From Anaerolineae bacterium (GTDB lineage Bacteria; Chloroflexota; Anaerolineae; Aggregatilineales; J027), in contig JBNLCD010000003.1 of NCBI GenBank assembly GCA_050303635.1, positions 1 through 38,469 on the forward strand: DNA of 38,469 bases, read 5' to 3'. The translations under genes and the position numbers were made by a program. Of this stretch, positions 8,675 to 16,444 are shown piece by piece. Within the stretch, counting starts at the first letter, position 1. The number at the start of each line of letters is the position of its first letter. The notes beneath the pieces were generated by a model. It ran no database searches and was not told where the DNA came from. It saw only the letters and a program-made list of their open reading frames with translations.

Positions 8675-8956
8675 ATGACCCACTTACAGAACATAACTAA
8701 GGAAAGACGACAAATCACCGATTTGCACTTAGAAACCCTGCTGGAAACATTGGATCGTATCCATAGTGCCGCTTCAAACGGTACCCTAGCAGATGAAACG
8801 ACTATCGACGAACATGAATTAAAAGGTTGGCTGGAAGACATCATTTATACAGCACAAGAAACTATAAATGAGTTGGCGGCCAACGCCGAAGACACACAGC
8901 AAACCGCTTTGAATATCGCGAACCTGTCTGTCATCCGCTTATACAGTCGTAGTTAA
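8675..8956 (+). CDS. Hypothetical acidic helical protein (93 aa)
   Basis: Protein-like composition (LETLLETLDRIHSAAS...WLEDIIYTAQETINEL); AAGGTG RBS at 8661-8666 before ATG 8675. Confidence 0.75.
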   Translation: MTHLQNITKERRQITDLHLETLLETLDRIHSAASNGTLADETTIDEHELKGWLEDIIYTAQETINELAANAEDTQQTALNIANLSVIRLYSRS

Positions 8957-8989
8957 TCAATAGAAACATCCTAATTCAAAGGAGGCAAC

Positions 8990-9211
8990 ATGTTTAAACG
9001 ACATATCTGACATCCACCAATTAAATTTGGTAAGAAGCTGAGTGATACTGCTCAGGCAAAATTAAGTCGTGATCTTATTTTTAAGTTGTTGGGGAAAAAT
9101 AGCCCCGTAGGAGAGATGACACAATGCATCTTCAACATGTGCGACATCATTATCAGCCAAAATTCGGTAAATATTGCGCGATGCAAACACAAAAACAAAG
9201 CGCCGCCCTAG
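8990..9211 (+). pseudogene. Small ORF interrupted by TGA at codon 7 (or a 6-aa peptide MFKRHI)
   Basis: Strong AAAGGAGG RBS at 8978-8985; MFKRHI*HPPIKFGKKLSD... stays open to TAG at 9209-9211. Confidence 0.35.
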
Positions 9212-9267
9212 TGATGTTTAATGCGGCAGAAAAGGAATTACTCAATGTCACGTTGTTACTCGATTAG
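9124..9267 (+). CDS. Putative 47-aa peptide
   Basis: AGGAGAG RBS at 9109-9115; MHLQHVRHHYQPKFGKYCAMQTQKQSAALVMFNAAEKELLNVTLLLD*; below the ORF-track length cut-off. Confidence 0.35.
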   Translation: MHLQHVRHHYQPKFGKYCAMQTQKQSAALVMFNAAEKELLNVTLLLD

Positions 9268-9500
9268 CAAACAACACAGACCAAGTTATCGCTCAAACCA
9301 TAAGCGCACCAGTCGACGGCAAATTGCTGGTCGTAAATCCAATATTACGGGTGGTGGGATAAATAGTGACCAACATCCGGACGGTGGAGGCGAGTGGTAT
9401 GGAGATTTCCGTTTAGCGCTTGTTACGTCTAGGAAATGTAGCAAGGAGCATTCAAACTTAGATTATCCTACTGAATTTTGCGACATTTTATTGGCTATTT

Positions 9501-9566
9501 AACCCCGATGTTGTGTCCTCTAGCTTAATAGAGGCAAATGCACATAACATCGGGTTCGTTTTTTTT
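9501..9566 (+). terminator. Intrinsic terminator with an internal hairpin
   Basis: AACCCCGATGTTGTGT (9501-9516) / ACATAACATCGGGTT (9542-9556), inner CCTCTA/TAGAGG, then T8. Confidence 0.8.
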
Positions 9567-9696
9567 ATTTGAGATTACACCTCTGTTTTTTCTAAAATTG
9601 ATACCTCTAAATAATTCATAGCTTTGCTAGGCAATCCCCATTAAAAACGCTACAATGAACTCTCAATATTGTTATAAATCATGAAGGAAATAATCC

Positions 9697-10335
9697 GTGC
9701 AGGAACTTGATAAAACGATTGATGAAATTAGTGATGAATTTGAAGGTTTAAATACCGCCCGTGAAGCAACCTTAGCCCGTACCCGGAAGTTAATTAGATT
9801 ATGCGCCAATACCATTCGGGCGATTCATCGTCGGGAATGGGAGAATGCCCAAGAGGGTTTGGCTAAAGCTAAAGAAGTTGCCGAGAATCTGGCGGCTGAA
9901 ATCGTCGAGTACCCTGAATTATATAATAGTGGCTATACCCAAGATTCATTACGTGAATATGCTGAGGCTAATCTTACGTATGTTCTAGTCCGTGGTGAAT
10001 CTCTGCCTAGCCACACCGATCTCAATATTCCCCCCGCAACCTATCTAAATGGTTTGGCTGAAGCGGCGACTGAATTGCGTCGCCATATTTTGGATATTAT
10101 TCGTCACCAGCATGATGCTGAAGCCGAACGCATGTTAGAAGCGATGGATGCGATTTATAGCCATTTGATCACGGTTGATTATACCGATGCGATCACCCAC
10201 GGTTTGCGGCGTCGCACCGATGTTTTGCGCAATGTTCTTGAGCGCACACGCGGTGATTTGACAACTAGTTTACGCCAACAACAACTTCAAGATGCGTTGC
10301 AAGCCTTGGAGAAAAAGGTAGGAATTGAAGAATGA
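9697..10335 (+). CDS. Translin/TRAX-family protein (C3PO-like RNase)
   Basis: All-helical 212 aa; ARE...TRKLIRLCANTIRAIHR, QDSLREYAEA, YLNGLAEAATELRR, LRRRTD match translin-family motifs. Confidence 0.85.
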   Translation: MQELDKTIDEISDEFEGLNTAREATLARTRKLIRLCANTIRAIHRREWENAQEGLAKAKEVAENLAAEIVEYPELYNSGYTQDSLREYAEANLTYVLVRGESLPSHTDLNIPPATYLNGLAEAATELRRHILDIIRHQHDAEAERMLEAMDAIYSHLITVDYTDAITHGLRRRTDVLRNVLERTRGDLTTSLRQQQLQDALQALEKKVGIEE

Positions 10336-10520
10336 GTTTCAAACGCAATGAAATGCTGACTGCTTCTGAAGTTGCCCGCTATGTCTATTGCAAGCGGGCT
10401 TGGTCCTATGACCGGCAGGGTAAGATTCGGGAGAAAAAGAAACCGGCAACAGCCATTTTATTGTTTAGCCTGAGTTGGGTTGTAGTTTTGGTCGCGGTGG
10501 TAGGATGGATAACGCTGTAA
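10332..10520 (+). CDS. Small membrane protein carrying the Cas4-like N-terminal Cys motif
   Basis: LTASEVARYVYCKRAW resembles the Cas4 N-terminal motif; C-terminal TM helix; overlaps the translin stop (ATGA). Confidence 0.75.
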   Translation: MSFKRNEMLTASEVARYVYCKRAWSYDRQGKIREKKKPATAILLFSLSWVVVLVAVVGWITL

Positions 10521-11015
10521 ATGAGCTTGGTTTTAGTTATTCTGGGATTATTGATTGGGAGTGTGTTGCTTTGGGTCGGTGGACGGTGGCTTCGTCAACG
10601 ACTTAGTGGTAATCCTTTTCCTAATCTACAAGGACAACTGGTCTCATCTAAATATGGTGTCACGGGTAAACCGGATTTAATCCTTGAACAGGGTGGCTAT
10701 CCTATTCCCGTGATTACCAAACGGGGTAAAGCGCCCAAATCACCCCACGATAGTCACGTGGCACAAATTCTGGTCCATTGCTTGCTGATCGAGGATATAA
10801 CGCAAATTACCCCACCTTATGGCGTGATTCGCTACGACAATCGTACATTTGAAGTTGATTATGACAACGAAATGTATGAGATGTTGGTTGACCTACTAGA
10901 TGAAATGCACCACGAGCGCGAGCAAGAGCTAACCCTTCTGCCACGTTCCCACCGTAAAAAACACCATTGTGCGGGTTGTCGTCATCGTAAGAAATGTGAC
11001 GAGTCCCTAATCTAA
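10521..11015 (+). CDS. Membrane-anchored Cas4-like PD-(D/E)xK-fold protein, not CRISPR-linked
   Basis: N-terminal TM; YGVTGKPDLI, PIPVITK, HVAQILVHCLLIE, PYGVIRY, C-terminal CAGC-x5-C. Confidence 0.82.
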   Translation: MSLVLVILGLLIGSVLLWVGGRWLRQRLSGNPFPNLQGQLVSSKYGVTGKPDLILEQGGYPIPVITKRGKAPKSPHDSHVAQILVHCLLIEDITQITPPYGVIRYDNRTFEVDYDNEMYEMLVDLLDEMHHEREQELTLLPRSHRKKHHCAGCRHRKKCDESLI

Positions 11016-11074
11016 GCAATAAATACTTAGTAGTTATTTTCTTCGCCAAAATTTAACAGTAAGAGGAGCCGATT

Positions 11075-11569
11075 ATGTCCGATGATGCAATTAAAACTGC
11101 ACTTAAGTTAATGCCCTATGGATTCTATGCCATTACTTCTAAAACTGCTTCCGATGAAAATGCGATGGTAGCGAATTGGGTGACCCAAGCATCCTTTTCA
11201 CCACGCCTACTCGCGCTTGGTATTCAAAATGATTGCCACTCGTATGGTCTCATCAAAGAAGGTCAAGTTTTCACGGTAAATATTTTCCAAGAAGCTGACC
11301 AAGAAGCCATGATGCCATTTACCAAAAGTCGTGCGAAGAAGCCCGATAAGATGATCGAAGCAACTTATACGGCCGCACCTGAAACAGGTTGTCCAGTTTT
11401 AGAAGGAGCCACGGCATATATTGAATGTCGTGTTCAGCAAATTGTTGAAACTGGCGGCGACCACGATATTGTCATTGGGGAATGCGTAAACGCAGGCATC
11501 TTAAAGGAAAATAGCACCGTTGAGGATACTCTTTCACTTGTAAAAATAGGGTGGAGTTACGCTGGTTAA
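11075..11569 (+). CDS. Flavin reductase-like protein
   Basis: MPYGFYAIT, NAMVANWVTQASFSP, TGCPVL...YIECRV, GDHDIVIGE. Confidence 0.9.
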   Translation: MSDDAIKTALKLMPYGFYAITSKTASDENAMVANWVTQASFSPRLLALGIQNDCHSYGLIKEGQVFTVNIFQEADQEAMMPFTKSRAKKPDKMIEATYTAAPETGCPVLEGATAYIECRVQQIVETGGDHDIVIGECVNAGILKENSTVEDTLSLVKIGWSYAG

Positions 11570-11745
11570 ACCACATTCTTCGAAAACGATAAATATGCCC
11601 TGATACCCTGCGATTGAGCCTGGCCTTATTTGAAATGGCGCGTTTAACAGCCTTGGGACCTTTAAAGCTCAATTGCAGGATATTTCTTTTCAGCAGATCT
11701 ATTTTATTTGGGGCAGGAGGCATGATCATGTTTCAGATGTAAATA

Positions 11746-12234
11746 TTAGTCATGCTGATTTTCGAGATAATCAAGCACCATTTTTAAGGCCGCTTCGGCA
11801 CTCGATTTTTTATTGGCAATACGATCTTCTTGCCATTCGAAGCGTTGAACCATACTCATTTTAGGGGTATTGATGGCAATATATGTCAAACCGACAGGTT
11901 TTTCTTCTGTACCGCCCCCCGGTCCTGCAATACCTGTTACGCCGACAGCAATATCAGTGCCAAAAACAGCGCGCGCTCCACGGGCCATTGCCGCCGCCAC
12001 TTGCTCACTTACAGCACCAAATACATTTAATGTGTTTTCTTGAATGCCTAATACACTGTGTTTGATTTGGTTAGAATAGGCAACGGCTCCACCCAGAAAA
12101 TAAGTTGAACTGCCCGCGATATTAGTTAAGCGATCCATAACCAATCCGCCAGTACAAGATTCTGCACAGGAAATCGTTAAATTTTTCTCTAAAAGCAGTT
12201 TTCCCACTTTTGTTTCGAGGGATTGTTCCGACAT
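11746..12234 (-). CDS. pncC: CinA C-terminal family / NMN deamidase
   Basis: AESCTGG, GSSTYFLGGAVAYSNQIK, GAVSEQVA, GVTGIAGPGGGTEEKPVG; start may be ATG 12234 or TTG 12273. Confidence 0.88.
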   Translation of the reverse strand: MSEQSLETKVGKLLLEKNLTISCAESCTGGLVMDRLTNIAGSSTYFLGGAVAYSNQIKHSVLGIQENTLNVFGAVSEQVAAAMARGARAVFGTDIAVGVTGIAGPGGGTEEKPVGLTYIAINTPKMSMVQRFEWQEDRIANKKSSAEAALKMVLDYLENQHD

Positions 12235-12294
12235 AGGGTCTGATATATTCCTTTCGGATTGAGCAATCAACAAAATTGTGCGTCGGTAGGGATT

Positions 12295-12969
12295 TTACAT
12301 TTCTTTAAAAAGCATGCGGGTTTCGCCCATGACAATCACACTGCCATCTTTAAGCGTCATCGCTGTACTGACAGATACGCCGTTGAGCAACGTGCCGTTG
12401 GAACTTCCCATATCAACAAGCCGCCATGTATCATCCACCAATTCAATTTTGGCGTGCGGACGTGAAACGGCATGATCTTGCAACTTAATATCCCATGTTG
12501 CATTTTGAGTCGCCCGCCCAAAGGTGACAGCATCTTGCATGAGGGGAATTTCCATGCCTTCTTGAGCGCCGGCGGTAATAACGATGACTGCTCTACCCCG
12601 CGCGGTTTTCGGACGCAGAAGCGTACCTGTCCGATCTGCTATTTCGACTTCTTTTTGATTAGTAATGGCCGCAAATTGAAGCTGTGGTTGGAATAACCGA
12701 ATGACATCTCCCGCTACCAATGGATAAGGCACATCAATTCGGCGGTCGTTGACAAATACCCCATTGGCGCTTCCTAAATCTTCAATCACAAATACACCGT
12801 ATTCGTGACGAATAATGGCATGACGTCGTGAAACATGCTTTTCGGGGATATAAATGTCATTATCTTGTCCACGCCCGATAGATAGATTAACCCCATCAGC
12901 CAAAACGAACTCCCGTATTTGGTTTGTTGTCGGGTCCTGCCAAGAAATTTTTGCTAAACCTTCAACCAT
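12295..12969 (-). CDS. Tandem double FHA-domain protein
   Basis: IGR...VSRRHA...DLGSANGVFVN and FGR...VSRPHA...DMGSSNGTLLN. Confidence 0.92.
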   Translation of the reverse strand: MVEGLAKISWQDPTTNQIREFVLADGVNLSIGRGQDNDIYIPEKHVSRRHAIIRHEYGVFVIEDLGSANGVFVNDRRIDVPYPLVAGDVIRLFQPQLQFAAITNQKEVEIADRTGTLLRPKTARGRAVIVITAGAQEGMEIPLMQDAVTFGRATQNATWDIKLQDHAVSRPHAKIELVDDTWRLVDMGSSNGTLLNGVSVSTAMTLKDGSVIVMGETRMLFKEM

Positions 12970-13197
12970 AATATTTTGATGTTATCAGCCCCAAAATCTG
13001 CTGATACATCTCACTCCTTTCAGGCAGAATTAAGATTTCATACTTTTTTCAGAAAGGGACAATGTAGCGTCTATCCTACCTAAATACCCATTATAACGAC
13101 AAATATCGACTAATCCTATAAGCGCCTTGATTGTTTTTAGATAGGTGTTTCTCGTACAATATTTATAGCATCATTTTTAGTAAAGGGAAAATTTCTA

Positions 13198-14334
13198 ATG
13201 GTGACACGTCGTTTCCCCGATGATACACCTCCACCGATGCCAGAAGATCCGCCAGCTATAGAGCGGTCAGCTTCTAACTCTCGGAATCGGAATGAAGGAG
13301 CCAAAGCTCATATGCCGCGCACGTTGGCGCAGGTTATGACTGAGGCAAACGATATGGTTGTACAAGGGGATTTATCGGAATATGTACCTATTCCAACCGG
13401 GTTTGACCCGTTGGATGGATTTATTGGTGGCGGTTTGCGTAAAACTGAACTGGTACTTTTGGGTGGCGCACAAGGAATTGGTAAAACAATTACAGCCTTA
13501 CAAATGGCCCGGAATATTGCTAGCCGTAAAGATCATTTTGCCTTCTATCTTTCTTATGAACATACAGAAGCGCATCTCATGCATCGTTTACTCTGTTTAG
13601 AGAGTGTCAATCCGCCTGAAATGGATCGCCGGCAAGGTCTGCGTATGAAAGACCTACACGACATCATTATTTCAGAGCGGGCACGCTCCACATTGCAATC
13701 GAATTCAGCCTCGCTCCAGAAAATTCTACGCGAACATCCTAAAACATCATTGGCGCTATCCCGCATGGCGCGCTACGCAGATCGCTTAATTATGGTCAAA
13801 GCTAGTCCGGCGGTGACTACTCTCAACTCAATTCGTGAAATGACAGCCCGTATCGCTGAAGCAACTGATGGCAACGTTACTGTATTTATTGATTATCTTC
13901 AAAAGGTTGCAATTTATCCCGAAAAATCAAGCGATGAAGCTGAAAAAGTAACAATTGTTGTAGAGGGGTTAAAAGATATTGCTCTATCTGTTGGGGTTCC
14001 TATCCTTTCCATTGTGGCGGCGGACCGCGAAGGTTTGCAAGCCAAGCGGATGCATCTCCATCATTTACGCGGGAGTTCAGCGCTCGATTATGAGTGCGAT
14101 ATTGCTATTATCATGAACAATAAGTATCACATTTTATCTAAGGATGTTGCTTCATTTAATCCCTATGAAGCTAAGAAAGCCCGTGAATGGGTTGTCTTTA
14201 CCATTGAAAAGAACCGGGCCGGACGTGCATTCCAAGACACTGAATTTCAATTGTATGCCCCGTATTTTGCTTTTGATCCCCGTGGGCAACAAGTTCAACA
14301 ACAACTGATTGATGATAAGATTATCGAGAAGTAA
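13198..14334 (+). CDS. DnaB-like helicase C-terminal (RecA-fold) ATPase lacking the DnaB N-terminal domain
   Basis: IPTGFDPLDGFIGGGLR, Walker A GAQGIGKT, YLSYE, VFIDYLQ, LRGSSALDYECD, KNRAG. Confidence 0.85.
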   Translation: MVTRRFPDDTPPPMPEDPPAIERSASNSRNRNEGAKAHMPRTLAQVMTEANDMVVQGDLSEYVPIPTGFDPLDGFIGGGLRKTELVLLGGAQGIGKTITALQMARNIASRKDHFAFYLSYEHTEAHLMHRLLCLESVNPPEMDRRQGLRMKDLHDIIISERARSTLQSNSASLQKILREHPKTSLALSRMARYADRLIMVKASPAVTTLNSIREMTARIAEATDGNVTVFIDYLQKVAIYPEKSSDEAEKVTIVVEGLKDIALSVGVPILSIVAADREGLQAKRMHLHHLRGSSALDYECDIAIIMNNKYHILSKDVASFNPYEAKKAREWVVFTIEKNRAGRAFQDTEFQLYAPYFAFDPRGQQVQQQLIDDKIIEK

Positions 14335-14359
14335 TGTGGATTCATCTAAATAAGTGAAG

Positions 14360-14396
14360 AAGATTGGAGCTCTTCGTGACCTCCAATCTTTTTATT
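14360..14396 (+). terminator. Intrinsic terminator
   Basis: AAGATTGGAG / CTCCAATCTT stem followed by a T-run. Confidence 0.75.
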
Positions 14397-14478
14397 TAGC
14401 AAAAATTGGATGAATGGCTGAGAGAACCAAATCGCTATTAAAACTGCATTAGATTAGCGTCCAATTATTCTTTTAGGC

Positions 14479-14507
14479 TTGACATGAACCCTGTAAAATG
14501 ATATTTT
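14479..14507 (+). promoter_or_regulatory. Probable promoter of tRNA-Met
   Basis: TTGACA, 17 bp, TATTTT preceded by TG (extended -10). Confidence 0.55.
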
Positions 14508-14532
14508 AGCTAAGTTGTAAACAACATAACGG

Positions 14533-14604
<72 letters not shown>

Positions 14605-14608
14605 CTCA

Positions 14609-14645
14609 AAAAACAGATACTCAACTGAGTATCTGTTTTTATTTT
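14609..14645 (+). terminator. Intrinsic terminator after tRNA-Met
   Basis: AAAAACAGATACTCA / TGAGTATCTGTTTTT perfect inverted repeat. Confidence 0.8.
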
Positions 14646-14659
14646 CCCCACTAAAATAT

Positions 14660-14703
14660 AAAACCCGCTGTCAAAAAATATCTTTAACAGCGGGTACTTT
14701 TTT
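14660..14703. terminator. Second hairpin, likely terminating the ABC operon
   Basis: ACCCGCTGT (14663-14671) / ACAGCGGGT (14687-14695) flanked by A and T runs. Confidence 0.65.
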
Positions 14704-14724
14704 GTTTCAATTGAGATACATCAA

Positions 14725-15516
14725 TTAGACATGCATCTTGTAAGCAGTGGCGGCATCTTCCATGTAAGCATGGGAGCCTGACATACCATCCGGCAAAACA
14801 ATACCATCTTTGATGCGGGTTTCCATGAGTTGACCATCACGCATTTCATGGACAACATCTGCTTCTTGCATGACTTGCGGGTCATGGCTCACGATAACAA
14901 TCGTAATACCACGTTCTTCCACCAAACGACGCATCAATTCTAGAATGCGGCGACCAGTTCGGGTATCTAATTGTCCGGTCGGTTCATCTGCCAGAATTAA
15001 GTTCGGATTTGAAGCAAGTGCGCGGGCAATAGCCACACGTTGTTGTTCACCACCAGAAAGCTCATAAGGGCGGTGTTTGGCGCGATCGGCTAAACCAACC
15101 CATTCCAGGGCCTCGGCAACTTGCTTATCCCGTTGTTTGGCGGACATGCCGCGCATCCGCAAGGGAATGCTAACATTTTCGGTCGCACTCAAAAGTGGCA
15201 TCAACCCAAAACTTTGGAAAACAAAGCCAATTTCATGCAGGCGCATATTGAGCACTTCTTGTTCGCTCATGGCATGCAGTTTGCGGCCTAAGATCTTGAT
15301 TTCCCCGCCGGTTGGTTCATCTAAGCCCGCCAAAAGGTTAAGCAAAGTTGTCTTACCCGAACCCGAACGACCAACGATGGCAGACATAAAATTGGGCCAA
15401 AGATCAAAAGAGATATTATTTACCGCATGGATGTCTTCACCAGCTAAGTGATAAATCCGATGTAAGCTATCGATGGAAATAATTGGTTCAACACCACTTG
15501 AATATCCGTTATTCAT
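14725..15516 (-). CDS. ABC transporter ATP-binding protein (LolD/MacB type)
   Basis: GRSGSGKT, FVFQSF, LSGGEQQRVAIARAL, ILADEPTG, SHD. Confidence 0.95.
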   Translation of the reverse strand: MNNGYSSGVEPIISIDSLHRIYHLAGEDIHAVNNISFDLWPNFMSAIVGRSGSGKTTLLNLLAGLDEPTGGEIKILGRKLHAMSEQEVLNMRLHEIGFVFQSFGLMPLLSATENVSIPLRMRGMSAKQRDKQVAEALEWVGLADRAKHRPYELSGGEQQRVAIARALASNPNLILADEPTGQLDTRTGRRILELMRRLVEERGITIVIVSHDPQVMQEADVVHEMRDGQLMETRIKDGIVLPDGMSGSHAYMEDAATAYKMHV

Positions 15517-15525
15517 AATCGTCTT

Positions 15526-16413
15526 TTACTCCTGTACGCTGGCGGGTTCGTGGTTGTTTTCGTGTTCTGGATAAACGCCGATATGATCATCACGCAACTT
15601 GATGAGGACGCGATCTTCCATATCCAAATTTTCGATGTAGGCTTCTGGCAATTGTAAACGCCCGGCCCGGTCCAAAATAGCAAATTCCTCATCCGAAACA
15701 ATGACACCACCGTCACGCTTGCGGAGAATTTCAGTGCTGGTCAAGCCATCACGCATACCGATCACACGATCAACCGCCCGCGCCACCATGACATCGTGCG
15801 TTACGATGATAATCGTAATACCCAAGTCATCACGCAATTCGTGTAAAACGCGGAAGATGGTTTCAGCGGCTTCGGTATCAACTTCACCCGTGGGTTCATC
15901 AGCTAGCAATAAACGAGGTTTATTCGATACACCAACGGCAATCGCTACCCGTTGTTGTTCACCACCAGATAGACGGTCAGGGCGATGATCCATACGATCA
16001 GCGAGCCCCACACTTTCCAACAAATGCGAAGCATATTCGCGACGTTCGCGCGGACGAATACCATTGAGAGCCATCGGCAACTCAACATTTTCACGGGCAG
16101 TCAGATACGGGAGCAGGTTGCGGGCTGTTTGTTGCCAAACAAACCCGACTTCATTCCGGCGATACAATGTTTGTTGTCTACGGCTGAGTTCAAGCAAATT
16201 ATAGTTGCCAACCCGCACACGACCAGCCGTCGGTGTATCTAACCCACCCAGAATATTCATCAGGGTTGATTTACCTGAACCGGACGGACCGATTAACGCC
16301 ATCATCTCACCGCCGCGCACAGTGAGGTCTAAGCCTTGCAGTGCTACGACTTCGAGATCGGCGATTTTGTAGATCTTTACGAGGTTTTCACATTCGATAA
16401 AAATTTCACTCAT
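15526..16413 (-). CDS. ABC transporter ATP-binding protein with a C-terminal extension
   Basis: GPSGSGKS, LSGGEQQRVAIA, LADEPTG, THD; extra tail EEFAILDRAGRLQLP. Confidence 0.95.
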   Translation of the reverse strand: MSEIFIECENLVKIYKIADLEVVALQGLDLTVRGGEMMALIGPSGSGKSTLMNILGGLDTPTAGRVRVGNYNLLELSRRQQTLYRRNEVGFVWQQTARNLLPYLTARENVELPMALNGIRPRERREYASHLLESVGLADRMDHRPDRLSGGEQQRVAIAVGVSNKPRLLLADEPTGEVDTEAAETIFRVLHELRDDLGITIIIVTHDVMVARAVDRVIGMRDGLTSTEILRKRDGGVIVSDEEFAILDRAGRLQLPEAYIENLDMEDRVLIKLRDDHIGVYPEHENNHEPASVQE

Positions 16414-16444
16414 GATGTTTTACCTTATAATCTCAATGTCGCTG

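Noticed and set aside
9221-9502. 93-aa ORF in the track
   Set aside because: Arg/Ser-rich non-protein-like composition, no RBS, overlaps a better-supported micro-ORF
10332-11015. CRISPR-Cas locus suggested by the Cas4-like genes
   Set aside because: No repeat-spacer array and no cas1, cas2 or effector genes anywhere in the window
11472-11729. 85-aa minus ORF after pncC
   Set aside because: Overlaps the flavin reductase 3' end by about 100 nt, with no RBS or recognisable motif
7013-14532. Prophage or integrative element between two tRNAs (excisionase-like HTH, HNH, DnaB-like)
   Set aside because: No integrase and no duplicated tRNA 3' end; both tRNAs point outward, and housekeeping genes (pncC, flavin reductase) lie inside
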